A DNA stretch of 64,000 bases from sequence record SRR31156797_482, one strand, 5' to 3'. This document shows, piece after piece, positions 10,370-21,177 of this stretch. The first letter of the stretch is position 1, and every line of letters begins with the position of its first letter. The position numbers and the translations under genes are program-made. The notes beneath the pieces are model-generated. The model was not told where the DNA came from. It saw nothing but the letters and a program-made list of their open reading frames with translations, and did no database searches.

Positions 10370-10751
10370 CTTTTTTGTCCTTTTCTATCTGACGAAACAA
10401 TTCATCAATGCGTTCTAACTCCTCGTTCTGATCATCATAAGAGAAAAGAAGTTCCGGAGTGTAGCGTAGATTTATAGTATGTGCCAAATGGCTGCGGAAA
10501 AAACCTTTTGCCTTTGTCAATGCCTTTTTAACTGGGCCAACATGGTCACCCGCAGGTACCGTAAAATAGATCTTTGCATACTTCAGGTCAGGAGCAACCT
10601 CAACATGAGAAATTGCAACAGATGCCAACCGTGGATCACTCACCTTCTGCAGCAAAATAAGCGACAATTCATTTTTTATAGCTTCTGCCACTCGTTTTGG
10701 CCGTGAGCTTTCTGGGCGTCCAAGTCCCGGTAGGGTAAAGTCAAAATCCAT
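10356..10751 (-). CDS. rbfA: Ribosome-binding factor A
   Basis: RPKRVAE, SDPRL, V.PDLKYAKIY, LRYTPEL.F..D. Confidence 0.95.
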   Translation of the reverse strand: MDFDFTLPGLGRPESSRPKRVAEAIKNELSLILLQKVSDPRLASVAISHVEVAPDLKYAKIYFTVPAGDHVGPVKKALTKAKGFFRSHLAHTINLRYTPELLFSYDDQNEELERIDELFRQIEKDKKDGDS

Positions 10752-10769
10752 TAATTTAGTCAGGTCCGT

Positions 10770-13613
10770 TTACAGGGTTGCCTCGATCTCGTCGAGGACA
10801 AAAGCTTCAAGATTATCACCGAGTTTGATGTCGTTAAAATTCTCAACACCGATACCACATTCAAAACCGGTAAGCACTTCCTTAACATCATCCTTGAAAC
10901 GTCTAAGGGATCCGACCTTTCCGGTATAGATAACGACACCGTCACGGAGCACGCGAACGCTCGCATTACGCTCTATTTTACCGTCAATTACCGAGCAGCC
11001 GGCTACAATTCCAACTTTTGGCACCTGGAAGGTATTCCTTACCTCAGCAGTTCCGATTACCCGCTCTTCAAAGGTAGGATCAAGCATACCAACCATTGCC
11101 TTTTCGATATCTTCCAAAGCATGATAAATAACATCGTAGGACCGAATATCGACCTGTTCACGCTCGGCGAGATCTTTCACTTTTACGGAAGGACGCACGT
11201 TGAAACCGATGATGATGGCATCAGAGGCAGCAGCAAGATGAATATCGTTATCTGTCACAGAACCTGTTCCCTCGTGGAGAACACGTACCTTAATCTCACT
11301 GGTAGACAGTTTTTCAGCTGCTTGTCCAAACGCCTGCAGGGTACCCTGAACATCTGCACGAAGGATCACTCTTAGCTCCTTCACTTCCTGTTCAGCCATC
11401 TTTTCAAACAAATTATCAAGCGAAACTTTAGATGCAGAGCCAAGTTCAGATTCCCGTGCCTTCAACTGCCGTGAACCGGAAAGAGATTTTGCCATTTTTT
11501 CGTTACTGAGTACTACAAACTCGTCTCCAGCCTGTGGAACACCTGAAATACCCTGAACCTCGACAGGTATGGCAGGACCGGCTTCGGCAACATTGTCTCC
11601 CCTTTCATTGATCAGCATTCGTACCTTTCCGCTGAACATACCGGCAACAAAATTGTCTCCAGCCCGTAAAGTTCCCTCCTGTACCAGAACAGTTGCCACA
11701 GGACCACGTCCCTTATGCAACTGCGCCTCTATAACGGTACCTTTGGCTTTCCTTGCAGGATCAGCCTTAAGTTCGAGGATTTCTGCCTGCAGTTGGATCG
11801 CCTCGAGCAGTTCATTTATACCGAGACCTTTTTTGGCCGAGGTCTCGCAATACATGGTATCGCCGCCCCACTCCTCAGGAAGCAGGTCGTATTCACCTAA
11901 TTCTCTTTTCACTCTTTCTTGATCGGCATTGTCCTTGTCAATTTTATTGACAGCAACAACGATTGGAACCCCAGCGGCCTTGGAATGCGAAATGGCTTCC
12001 TTTGTCTGATCCATGACACCGTCATCTGCAGCAACGACCAGAACCACAATATCTGTAACTTTAGCCCCCCTGGAACGCATTTCAGTAAATGCAGCATGAC
12101 CAGGAGTATCAACAAAGGTTAAATCGCCAGACGGTGCCTGTACATGATATGCACCTATGTGCTGTGTAATACCTCCAGCTTCCCCCTCTGCAACATCGGT
12201 CTTACGAATAGCATCCAAAATAGATGTCTTTCCGTGGTCGACATGGCCCATGACGGTAACGACAGGTGGGCGAGGCATGGCTTCTCCGCCTTTTTCCTCT
12301 TCCAACTCCTGAAAAGCTTCCATTTCCAGCTCTTCAGTCATGGCCTGCTCTACTTCGTATCCAAAATCGGCGGCAACCAGGGTTGCAGTGTCAATATCCA
12401 GAGCCTGATTCAGCGTTGCCATTACACCAAGCTTCATCAAGGCGGCAATCAATTCATTGGCCTTAACTCCCATCCGCTTGGCCAAATCACCAACGCTGAT
12501 GGTTTCTAGAACCTTAACTCGTCTTTTAATAGCTTTGGCTTCCGCAGCGGGCTGTTGAACAACCTTCTCTCTTCGGCCGCTATCTTTACGACGCTTTCCT
12601 TTACGAGGACGCATGTATTCGACATCCCCGCCTTTTGAAAAATCGACTTTACCGCCCCGGCCTCGCTTACCGCCTTTTGCGGTCTTTTTGTTACGATTGT
12701 CCTCTTCTGACTGGATAGCGACAACTCGTTTTCCTTTTTTCTTTCCCTTTCCTGTCGGCTGCGGCGCTTGTGCTGGATCTACGGTAGCACCAGGTCTTTT
12801 ATTTTGCGCTGACGCTGGCCGTGTCGGCCGTGGCGGCCGACGAGGAGGCCTTGGTTTCTTTTCAACGGGTTTGGGAATTTCCACCCTTCCAATAACTTTG
12901 GCCAACTTACGGGACTCTCTCGGTTGTCCGTTACCACTTCCTGCGGCAGGTTTTGCCACCTGCTTCGCAGCAGGCTCTTCAACAGATACTTGATGCTGCT
13001 CCAAATCCGACTCCTTCACCTCTTCTGGTTGAAGAGAGTCTTTTTCCGTCTCTTCCACCTTGTTGACTTCATCAATTGCTGCCGGTTCGGAATGTTCTAT
13101 ACTGGATAATTCCGGACCACCCTCAACATCAGCAGCAACCGTTTCATCAACCTTTACATCCGACACGTTACCTGTGTCTTCGCTGACCAACGACTCTGCA
13201 TCCTCTTTCCCAGACGGCAACGTCTCGTCTACCGTACCTTCAGCAACTGTAGGCTCGGTATCTGCTGCCATTTCCGCCCTCTGGAGTTCCGCTTCCTCCT
13301 CCATCAGAGCAACAGCATCGGCTTCTTCCTGCTGTTTCACTGCCTCATCTTTTTGCGCTTTGGAGCGACGTCTGACAATGGTAGTTGATTTTTTCTTTAC
13401 ACCGGCAGAGCGATCCTTGAGATCAATACGTCCCTCAGCTATTCCGGTTACAGCATTATCTTTGATTTTTTTTCGGATATCTGCTGCCATATCATCATCA
13501 ACTGTTGAGCTGTGACTTTTAATAGGGTATCCCATAGCTATCAGCTTAGCAGCCAGTTCCTTACTCTTTAATCCGGCTTCTTTTGCCAGTTCGTATACAC
13601 GGACCCTACTCAT
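10770..13613 (-). CDS. infB: Translation initiation factor IF-2
   Basis: RVYELAKE N-terminus, [18 protein letters not shown]; conserved operon context. Confidence 0.99.
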   Translation of the reverse strand: MSRVRVYELAKEAGLKSKELAAKLIAMGYPIKSHSSTVDDDMAADIRKKIKDNAVTGIAEGRIDLKDRSAGVKKKSTTIVRRRSKAQKDEAVKQQEEADAVALMEEEAELQRAEMAADTEPTVAEGTVDETLPSGKEDAESLVSEDTGNVSDVKVDETVAADVEGGPELSSIEHSEPAAIDEVNKVEETEKDSLQPEEVKESDLEQHQVSVEEPAAKQVAKPAAGSGNGQPRESRKLAKVIGRVEIPKPVEKKPRPPRRPPRPTRPASAQNKRPGATVDPAQAPQPTGKGKKKGKRVVAIQSEEDNRNKKTAKGGKRGRGGKVDFSKGGDVEYMRPRKGKRRKDSGRREKVVQQPAAEAKAIKRRVKVLETISVGDLAKRMGVKANELIAALMKLGVMATLNQALDIDTATLVAADFGYEVEQAMTEELEMEAFQELEEEKGGEAMPRPPVVTVMGHVDHGKTSILDAIRKTDVAEGEAGGITQHIGAYHVQAPSGDLTFVDTPGHAAFTEMRSRGAKVTDIVVLVVAADDGVMDQTKEAISHSKAAGVPIVVAVNKIDKDNADQERVKRELGEYDLLPEEWGGDTMYCETSAKKGLGINELLEAIQLQAEILELKADPARKAKGTVIEAQLHKGRGPVATVLVQEGTLRAGDNFVAGMFSGKVRMLINERGDNVAEAGPAIPVEVQGISGVPQAGDEFVVLSNEKMAKSLSGSRQLKARESELGSASKVSLDNLFEKMAEQEVKELRVILRADVQGTLQAFGQAAEKLSTSEIKVRVLHEGTGSVTDNDIHLAAASDAIIIGFNVRPSVKVKDLAEREQVDIRSYDVIYHALEDIEKAMVGMLDPTFEERVIGTAEVRNTFQVPKVGIVAGCSVIDGKIERNASVRVLRDGVVIYTGKVGSLRRFKDDVKEVLTGFECGIGVENFNDIKLGDNLEAFVLDEIEATL

Positions 13614-13639
13614 TGCATGCTCCTGTCTTCTTTAACGCG

Positions 13640-13897
13640 TCAAACTTTAAGGCGAAACGCACGTTTCAGCACTTTCTTATTTTTTTCCAGTCGTTTACGA
13701 CACTGCTCATCATCACAACAATACAGGCCACGCCCTGGCAGGCTTCTGTCAATGTCAACTACGAGCTGACCTTCCTGCAGACTCAGGCGAATCAAATCCT
13801 GCTGCGGCTTTTTCGATCCACAGCCACGGCAAGTCCGCAATGGATACGGTTTTTTTTCACGGTGTCTCACCTTCAGACTCTCCGGGCTCTGTATCAC
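13640..13897 (-). CDS. ylxR: YlxR/DUF448 family RNA-binding protein
   Basis: P.RTC.GC....Q.DLIR, GRGLYCC..C motif; between nusA and infB. Confidence 0.85.
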   Translation of the reverse strand: MIQSPESLKVRHREKKPYPLRTCRGCGSKKPQQDLIRLSLQEGQLVVDIDRSLPGRGLYCCDDEQCRKRLEKNKKVLKRAFRLKV

Positions 13898-15296
13898 CTG
13901 TCACTGACAAATCCGAGGGAGCGTCTTCTTCAGCCTGAGTTGCTTCTTCAGGCTCTACTTCCTCTTTGGAGTCAGCTTCCTCTTCAACCTGAACGCCCTC
14001 TTCAAGTCCCTTCTCAGCTTCAGGCTCGCTCTCAACGACCTTTTCAATGCCTTCAGGTACCGGCACAAGGGCAGCTCCCTCCAGGATAGCCGCAGCCCTG
14101 TCCTTATCCACCCGTACAATATCCATCAATTTCTCGTCATCAAGGGCAGCAAGAAGGGCTGAAGATGTTATACCTGCTGCAAACAGCCGGTCCGCCATAC
14201 TTTCGTCAACGCCCTCAATAACCGTCAGCGTCTTGTAGGCGGGATTTTCCATATTGGCATAACGCTGTTCACTCTTCACGTCAATTCGCCAGCTTAACAA
14301 TCGGGAAGCTAAACGTACGTTTTGTCCCTGCCTGCCTATTGCCAATGATAACTGATCATCCGGAACCACGACCAGCAGCGATTTCCTATCTTCGTCCACT
14401 ATTACCATGGATACTTCTGCAGGCGCCAATGCATTGTATACATATTTGGCAGGATCAGGGCTCCATGGGACAATATCTATTCGCTCTCCCTGCAGTTCCT
14501 GAACGACGTTCTGCACCCGCGACCCCTTAAGACCCACACAAGCGCCTACCGGATCCACATCAGACTCAATGGAAGAAACAGCTATCTTAGCCCGAAAACC
14601 CGGTTCCCTGCTAGCACCCATGATTTTAACAATGCCTTCTGCAATCTCAGGCACCTCAACTTCAAACAGTTTGACCAAAAACTCATTGCAGGTGCGGCTG
14701 AGCACAAGTTGTGCGTCACGAGATTCATGCCTTACTTCCTGTAAGAATGCACGTATACGGTCCCCTTGCTTAAAAGAACGCTTTGGGATTTGCCCGTCTC
14801 TTGGCAGGACGGCATCTGTTCGCCCAAGGTTTATAACCATGTTGCCACGTTCAAACCGTTGCACAATCCCATTAACGATTGTCCCTTCGCGATCACGAAA
14901 CATATCGTAAATGACATCCCGTTCGGCATCACGCATGCGGTGAATAATGACCTGTTTTGCAGACTGGGCCGCTATACGACCCAAGTCAGCGATATTATCC
15001 ATCTTTTCACCAAGATCATCATCCAGTTCGATCTCTGGGTCAAGGCGGCGTGCATCTTCCAACAAAATTTCAGTTTCTTCATCAAAGACATCATCAACAA
15101 CAGTACGGTATTGAAAGACCTCTATCTCGCCCAAATCTTCACTGAACTGGACTTCTATATCTCGACGGCTTCCGTATTTTTTGCGTACAGCAGACCGTAC
15201 AGCCTCTTCGATGGCGTCCACAAGCAGCGTGCGATCAATTCCCTTATCCCGACAAATTTGATCGATGATGCGTTTTAAATTTTCCGTCCCTACCAT
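13857..15296 (-). CDS. nusA: Transcription termination/antitermination factor NusA
   Basis: GRIAAQSAKQVI, S1 and KH domains (VDPVGACVG.KGSR, LSLAIGRQGQNVRLA), acidic C-tail. Confidence 0.98.
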   Translation of the reverse strand: MVGTENLKRIIDQICRDKGIDRTLLVDAIEEAVRSAVRKKYGSRRDIEVQFSEDLGEIEVFQYRTVVDDVFDEETEILLEDARRLDPEIELDDDLGEKMDNIADLGRIAAQSAKQVIIHRMRDAERDVIYDMFRDREGTIVNGIVQRFERGNMVINLGRTDAVLPRDGQIPKRSFKQGDRIRAFLQEVRHESRDAQLVLSRTCNEFLVKLFEVEVPEIAEGIVKIMGASREPGFRAKIAVSSIESDVDPVGACVGLKGSRVQNVVQELQGERIDIVPWSPDPAKYVYNALAPAEVSMVIVDEDRKSLLVVVPDDQLSLAIGRQGQNVRLASRLLSWRIDVKSEQRYANMENPAYKTLTVIEGVDESMADRLFAAGITSSALLAALDDEKLMDIVRVDKDRAAAILEGAALVPVPEGIEKVVESEPEAEKGLEEGVQVEEEADSKEEVEPEEATQAEEDAPSDLSVTGDTEPGESEGETP

Positions 15297-15372
15297 TTTC
15301 TCACTCCAGCTCCGACGATCGCCTTTGTTAATATCGACCGTCTTGGCACATTCAATTCGCCGGCACTTACCA

Positions 15373-15834
15373 CTATAATGTCAGACGAGCTTTAGATATT
15401 TTCGCAATATCCAGCAATATTTTTTGCCCGTCTTGGTCAAGAATAACCGAGCCTTGTTCAACGCCGTGCAAAATACCAGCAAAAACCTTCTGGTCTCCTA
15501 CAGGCTCACGCATTTTTATCCGTGCCTTTTTCTCTGCAAAACGCACGAAATCTTTTTCTTTTTTCAATGGCCGTTCAGCTCCGGGAGAGGAGACCTCCAG
15601 GTGATAAGCGTGGTCTATGACATCTTCCACTTCAAGATAAGCACTTACCTCCCGACTTGCACTAGCGCAGTCGTCTAGTGTTATGCCTTGTTCCTTGTCA
15701 ATAAAAAAACGCAGCACCCACCTGTTACCTTCACGCCTAAACTGCACTTCGACCAATTCGATCCCCATATCAGCCAGAAGTGGTTCGGCAAACGCTTCAA
15801 TGGTATCAACAATCTGATTACTTGCAGTATCCAC
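15373..15834 (-). CDS. rimP: Ribosome maturation factor RimP
   Basis: LRFFID...GITLDDC, YHLEVSSPG.ERPL. Confidence 0.96.
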   Translation of the reverse strand: MDTASNQIVDTIEAFAEPLLADMGIELVEVQFRREGNRWVLRFFIDKEQGITLDDCASASREVSAYLEVEDVIDHAYHLEVSSPGAERPLKKEKDFVRFAEKKARIKMREPVGDQKVFAGILHGVEQGSVILDQDGQKILLDIAKISKARLTL

Positions 15835-15903
15835 TACCTTCCCAGTCCTTTCCCAGCAGCCTAAAAAAATGCTCTGGAGAATTCCAAATTCTGCCTAAAA
15901 GAC

Positions 15904-15931
15904 AATAAAAAAAGCGGGCAAAGCCCACTTT
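15904..15931 (-). promoter_or_regulatory. rimP leader terminator-like hairpin
   Basis: Minus strand AAAGTGGGC-TTT-GCCCGCTTTTTTT upstream of rimP and downstream of tRNA-Gly. Confidence 0.7.
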
Positions 15932-16010
15932 CACGTACACCGGCGCTTGCGGCGTATGTCATTCCCAAGCAAAGTTAATACATCCTTTACTCAGAGGTGT
16001 TAGCTTGGCG

Positions 16011-16086
16011 TGGAGCGGGTAACGGGGCTCGAACCCGTGACCCCAAGCTTGGGAAGCTTGTGCTCTGCCAACTGAGCCACACCCGC
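16011..16086 (-). tRNA. tRNA-Gly (CCC)
   Basis: GCGGGTGTGGCTCAGTTGGCAGAGCACAAGCTTCCCAAGCTTGGGGTCACGGGTTCGAGCCCCGTTACCCGCTCCA: 76-nt cloverleaf, anticodon CCC, encoded CCA. Confidence 0.97.
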
Positions 16087-16109
16087 TCATCAGCCTACTA
16101 AAGCCCTTA

Positions 16110-16138
16110 AAAATAACCCATCACATGCCAATTGTCAA
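16110..16138 (-). promoter_or_regulatory. sigma70-like promoter for tRNA-Gly/rimP operon
   Basis: TTGACA-N17-TATTTT on the minus strand upstream of the tRNA. Confidence 0.55.
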
Positions 16139-16356
16139 GCAACAACAAAATGATGACCATTACTCTCACTTAATTCCACCTCTAAAGCAGGTGGCCTTAT
16201 AGCCGATGCGAGGAGGCAGACAACGTTCCTCTACAGTACTATTTCCCACACATGGAACAGCAATCCTCATCACAGCCGTCACTTTTACCGCTTCATTGAC
16301 TATTGTCGCTATTACCGCGTTTACCAGGTTCTTAATTTATTGTATAAGCTAAGGGT

Positions 16357-19044
16357 ATGGAGATTATAACCACTCATATCAATGCCGATTTCGACAGTTT
16401 TGCCTCTATGATCGCGGCAAAAAAGCTCTATCCTGACGCCGAACTGGTCTTTGCGGGTTCGCAGGAAAAAAGGGTACGGGATTATCTTGTTCAGCAATTT
16501 CGCAATATCTACGCGTTTAAAAAAATAAAACATATACAACTGCCCAAGGTACAGCGGCTGATTATAGTCGATACCCGCCATGCTGAACGCATAGGTGAGC
16601 TTGCCGTCTGCCTAGACAACCCTGGCATTGATATCCACCTCTATGACCACCACCCGAACTCACCAACAGATATAAAAGGGAATCTGGAAATCATCGAGAA
16701 TTTGGGGTCCACGACAACAATCTTCACAAAGCTTTTTCAAAAACATAATATAGCCCCCACTCCTGATGAAGCAACCCTGATGGCACTGGGCATATACCAA
16801 GACACAGGCAACTTCCTACACACCACCACCCAACCTGAAGACATGCTGGCGGCCTCCTGGCTGCTGCAGCATGGAGCGAGCCTCGACATAGTTAACCAAT
16901 TTGTTTCACGTGAACTGAGTGCCCAGCAGGTAAACTTCCTTGACAAACTCCTCAAAAATGCCACCACCTATAACATAGGTTCGGTAAACGTTATCCTTAC
17001 CAAACTTATCCTCCCCGAATACATTGATGATTTTTCAAGCATTGTCCAGCGAATGATGGTCATGGAAAATATTGATGTTCTGTTTGCCCTGATAAGCATG
17101 GGAGAACGTATCTATTTTATAGCCCGAAGCAGAATCCCTGAAGTAAATGTCGGCACCATTGCTCGCGCCTATGGTGGTGGTGGGCATGCATCGGCAGCAT
17201 CGGCCACCGTCAAGGACATGACTCTTTATGAGGCAGAAGAAAAACTTGTTCACCTGCTCCATCGCCACATCCGACCCAAGGCCATTGCCGGCGAGTTGAT
17301 GTCATCGCCAGTTATAGCTATTACCCCCGATGTAACCATTGATGAAGCCAATAGACTGATGACGCGTTACAACGTCACGGTTCTCCCGGTTGCTCAAAAA
17401 GGAGGAAACCCAGAGACAGGTGACAGGCCATCCTGCTTCCTGGGTATGATATCGCGCATGGTTGTCGAAAAGGCTATTTTTCACAAACTGGGCAGCCTGC
17501 CGGTATCGGAATACATGACCACAGAAGTGGCAACCCTTCCTGCAAGTGGAACCCTTGCAGATATCCAAGAATTGATAATCGAAAACCGCCAACGGCTTAT
17601 CCCTATCGTCAAAGACGATGACGTCATGGGTGTTATCACCCGCACTGACCTGCTCAACCTCCTGATAAATGACCCTTCGCACCTCCCGGCGAACCTGCTC
17701 CAGGAAGACAACAGGCCTTCGGTCAAAAGAAGCCGCAACCTAAGCGGCATAATGACCCAGGTGCTACCCAAAGATGTCGTTGTCCTCTTACGGGATATAG
17801 GTGAGACTGCCGCCCAGATGCAGTGCAATGCTTATGTTGCCGGCGGCTTTGTCCGTGACCTGCTTTTACATATCAACAATAACGATATAGATATCGTTGT
17901 CGAAGGCGACGGGATTCATTTTGCCAAAGCCTATGCCAAGAAAAAAAATGCCTCGGTGCGCACCCATGAAAAATTCGCCACCGCAACCATCATTTTTCCT
18001 GACAATACCAGAGTTGACGTTGCTACAGCCCGCCTTGAATACTATGAGTACCCGGCTGCCATGCCCACCGTTGAACTCAGCTCGATCAAGCTTGATCTGT
18101 ACCGTCGTGATTTCACTATAAATGCCATGGCAATCCATCTTAATCCGGAACGTTTCGGAACCCTTGCCGACTACTTCAGCAGCCAGACTGACCTCAAAGA
18201 GCGACGGATTCAGGTATTACACAATTTGAGTTTTGTTGAAGACCCGACCCGTATATTCAGAGCCATCAGGTTTGAAGGTCGCCTTGACTTTCAGATTACA
18301 CGCCATACTGAAAAACTGATCAAAAATGCAGTAGACATGCATCTTTTTGACCGATTCGAGGAGTCACGTTTTTTTTATGAACTTAAACTGATTCTGTCTG
18401 AAAACAATCCCATTCCGGCACTCAGGCGCTTGGCGAGTTTCAAACTGTTCCCTTTTCTCTGGCCAGATCTCCGTCCAAACCTTAAAATTGACAGGCGATT
18501 TATCCATTTCATCACTCAGGCAAGCCGCTCCATATCCTGGTTCAACCTACTATACCTCCCGGAAAAGTTAGAACCATGGATCGTTTACCTGCTGGCGATC
18601 ATGAGTCGTTCCAAAACAAGAGAGCTGTTGAATTTCTGCACGAGGTTTGGCTTACCCAGCAAGTTGCAAAAAAAGCTTGTCCAGCAAAAAACAGATGTGG
18701 AACGTATTGCCAAAGACATGCTCAATCGCCCCTTCATGAAGCCAAGTGAAATTTACTGGTTACTCGGTGACCTCGACAACGAAGGTCTTCTCTACCTGAT
18801 GACCATTGCCAGAAAAAAACACATCCAACAGGCAGTGTCTCTGTTTGTGACCACCTTGCGTAACGAAACGCCGCTCATCAACGGCAACGAACTTAAAGAG
18901 CTGGGCTACCGCCCGGGTCCTGGATTCCGCTCCATGCTCAACCACCTTATCGAGGTGCAGCTTGACGGACAGGTCACAACCCATGAGCAGGCGCTGAACT
19001 TTATCACCTCCACCTATCCAGTTACAGATACCCGGCCCATCTAA
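16357..19044 (+). CDS. DHH-DHHA1-CBS-CBS-tRNA nucleotidyltransferase (A-adding type)
   Basis: THINADFD, YDHH, GGGGH; CBS pair; class II NTase motifs GGFVRD, DIDIVVEG, RRDFTINA, EDPTRIFRAIRF. Confidence 0.9.
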   Translation: MEIITTHINADFDSFASMIAAKKLYPDAELVFAGSQEKRVRDYLVQQFRNIYAFKKIKHIQLPKVQRLIIVDTRHAERIGELAVCLDNPGIDIHLYDHHPNSPTDIKGNLEIIENLGSTTTIFTKLFQKHNIAPTPDEATLMALGIYQDTGNFLHTTTQPEDMLAASWLLQHGASLDIVNQFVSRELSAQQVNFLDKLLKNATTYNIGSVNVILTKLILPEYIDDFSSIVQRMMVMENIDVLFALISMGERIYFIARSRIPEVNVGTIARAYGGGGHASAASATVKDMTLYEAEEKLVHLLHRHIRPKAIAGELMSSPVIAITPDVTIDEANRLMTRYNVTVLPVAQKGGNPETGDRPSCFLGMISRMVVEKAIFHKLGSLPVSEYMTTEVATLPASGTLADIQELIIENRQRLIPIVKDDDVMGVITRTDLLNLLINDPSHLPANLLQEDNRPSVKRSRNLSGIMTQVLPKDVVVLLRDIGETAAQMQCNAYVAGGFVRDLLLHINNNDIDIVVEGDGIHFAKAYAKKKNASVRTHEKFATATIIFPDNTRVDVATARLEYYEYPAAMPTVELSSIKLDLYRRDFTINAMAIHLNPERFGTLADYFSSQTDLKERRIQVLHNLSFVEDPTRIFRAIRFEGRLDFQITRHTEKLIKNAVDMHLFDRFEESRFFYELKLILSENNPIPALRRLASFKLFPFLWPDLRPNLKIDRRFIHFITQASRSISWFNLLYLPEKLEPWIVYLLAIMSRSKTRELLNFCTRFGLPSKLQKKLVQQKTDVERIAKDMLNRPFMKPSEIYWLLGDLDNEGLLYLMTIARKKHIQQAVSLFVTTLRNETPLINGNELKELGYRPGPGFRSMLNHLIEVQLDGQVTTHEQALNFITSTYPVTDTRPI

Positions 19045-19126
19045 TCAATTATAATTCGTAACTAACAGCAAATAAGAAGCAGCCTCGCCTACCCTCGACC
19101 TTTAACTGTGTACCAAGGCTCTAGAA

Positions 19127-19186
19127 GCGCACAATCAATAGGGATATCTACAGTAATACTATGTTTTCCTGCCTGATTGTGCGCAA
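19127..19186. repeat. REP-like palindromic repeat, second copy at 6-49
   Basis: 11-bp perfect IR GCGCACAATCA/TGATTGTGCGC; 19142-19185 matches 6-49 at 35/44 positions without gaps. Confidence 0.55.
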
Positions 19187-19314
19187 GCGGGATGCTATGG
19201 AACAGTTGGTGAAATTCTTTCTCGCTTTTTCCTGTTTTGAGCTTAAGGTGTTGCTCACTTGAAAGCACCTCCCATGACTACACTTTTTCTATAACTCACT
19301 CGTTCAATTTTTCT

Positions 19315-19935
19315 ATGCAGATAAACAATTTCATACAGCAACTTATCATTCTCGCGCCCCCATTTCTGTTCGCCCTCACCTTACACGAACTAGCCCACGG
19401 CTACGTTGCCTACCACCTTGGTGACCCTACAGCAAAAAATGCAGGCCGCCTGACTCTTAACCCATTGAAGCACCTTGATCCATTGGGCGTTTTGGCTTTT
19501 ATAATAATGAAAATTGGCTGGGCAAAACCTGTACCGGTAAACCCTAATTACTTCCGCGATCCCCAAAAAGGCATGCTTCTGGTAGCACTGGCAGGTCCGG
19601 GAGCTAATGTTTTTCTTGCCATTACCAGCGCTATCCTTGCCAAGTTTTTTGTTATGCTGCCATTTTTACCCTTCTTCATCCTGCAGCCATTGGTCAGCAT
19701 GCTGGTGGCATCTGTTTGGATTAATATAATGCTCGCAGTTTTCAACTGTCTCCCCATCCCCCCGCTTGACGGGTCCAAGGTACTGATGGGACTCCTGCCT
19801 CCATCAGCAGTCCGGACATATGCTAAACTGGAACCTTTTGGCTTTATCCTGCTCCTGGCCCTTTTCTATACAGGCATCATCCCTAAACTGATCATGCCCA
19901 TCATTCGTTTTTCAAACGACCTACTGCTCGGCTAA
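19315..19935 (+). CDS. Site-2 protease family (peptidase M50)
   Basis: HELAH (HExxH), GDPTA..AGRLTLNP, AGP.AN, NCLPIPPLDG; probable start ATG 19315. Confidence 0.92.
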   Translation: MQINNFIQQLIILAPPFLFALTLHELAHGYVAYHLGDPTAKNAGRLTLNPLKHLDPLGVLAFIIMKIGWAKPVPVNPNYFRDPQKGMLLVALAGPGANVFLAITSAILAKFFVMLPFLPFFILQPLVSMLVASVWINIMLAVFNCLPIPPLDGSKVLMGLLPPSAVRTYAKLEPFGFILLLALFYTGIIPKLIMPIIRFSNDLLLG

Positions 19936-19988
19936 CCAAACCATATAAACAATTTTTCCTTTGGAAGAAAATCACTCAAGTCGATGCA

Positions 19989-21107
19989 ATGCTTAATCTA
20001 AAAAACATCCTGGTCGTCTCTCTGGAACAAGCGGTTGCAGCCCCTTACTGCTCAAATCGTTTGGCCCAGGCGGGTGCGCGCGTCATCAAAGTTGAACGTG
20101 CAGAGGGAGATTTTGCCCGCAGTTATGACAGCACGGTGCACGGGGAATCGGCGTACTTTATCTGGCTCAATCAAGGTAAGGAATCACTGGTGCTGAATAT
20201 CAAGGATAGCGAAAATGCCTTTTTGCTGCATCGCATTCTCGCCAGCGCTGATGTATTTATCCAAAACCTTGCCCCAGGTGCAACCGCTCGTGCCGGATTC
20301 GGCAGTGAGAACCTGAGAGAGCTTTATCCAAGGCTGATCTGTTGTGACATTTCGGGCTACGGTGATAGCGGTAAATATCGCAACATGAAGGCTTACGATT
20401 TACTGGTGCAATGCGAATCGGGTATGGCCTCGATCACAGGGACCCCCGAAGCCCCCGGCAGAGTAGGTGTTTCAGCTTGCGACATCAATTGTGGTCAACA
20501 GGCATATAGCGCAATACTGGAAGCGCTGATCGAAAGAGAGAATAGCAATAAGGGGTGCACCATCAAGGTATCGCTCTTTGACAGCATGGCGGAATGGATG
20601 GCAGTACCGCTGTTGCACTACGACTATACCGGTAAAATACAGAAACGAGTCGGTATAAGCCATGCCACCATCTCCCCTTATGGGGCCTACACTTGCGGTG
20701 ATGGAACGGTTATCGTTATCGCTATCCAAAACGATCGTGAATGGCTGACTTTTTGTGACGATGTGCTTGAAGACGCATCCCTACAGGTAGACCCAAAGCT
20801 GCAATCAAATCAGCTGCGAGTTGCGAATCGACACTATATCGACCACCTCATAAACCAGGTGTTTTCCAGCCTGGATCAAGCCCAGGTGATTGAAAGGCTT
20901 CAACAGGGGAGGATCGCTTACGGCAAGCTTAACGATATTTCTGGATTATCGAATCACCCTCAGATACGACGAGTAACGATCGATACTCCGTCAGGAAAAG
21001 CCGATGTTGTCGCGCCTGCAGCAATACGTTCAAACGAAAAGCAAGAATTACAAAAAGTACCTGCAATTGGTGAGCACAATGAGTTAATTCGTAAACAGTT
21101 TGCCTAA
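19989..21107 (+). CDS. CaiB/BaiF class III CoA-transferase
   Basis: AAPYC..LA..GARVIKVE..GD, N.GKES..L, SGYG..G.Y....AYD, catalytic Asp in SACDINCG. Confidence 0.92.
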   Translation: MLNLKNILVVSLEQAVAAPYCSNRLAQAGARVIKVERAEGDFARSYDSTVHGESAYFIWLNQGKESLVLNIKDSENAFLLHRILASADVFIQNLAPGATARAGFGSENLRELYPRLICCDISGYGDSGKYRNMKAYDLLVQCESGMASITGTPEAPGRVGVSACDINCGQQAYSAILEALIERENSNKGCTIKVSLFDSMAEWMAVPLLHYDYTGKIQKRVGISHATISPYGAYTCGDGTVIVIAIQNDREWLTFCDDVLEDASLQVDPKLQSNQLRVANRHYIDHLINQVFSSLDQAQVIERLQQGRIAYGKLNDISGLSNHPQIRRVTIDTPSGKADVVAPAAIRSNEKQELQKVPAIGEHNELIRKQFA

Positions 21108-21177
21108 TTGATTGAAGCTGCTGACAACTGCACGTTGCAGCCACTTTTCTTATTGCCCATCAACCCAACCTCGTCCC

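Noticed and set aside
5892-15296. Numerous antisense ORFs (e.g. 6039..6680, 13583..14089, 14766..15278)
   Set aside because: Shadow frames of highly conserved genes on the opposite strand
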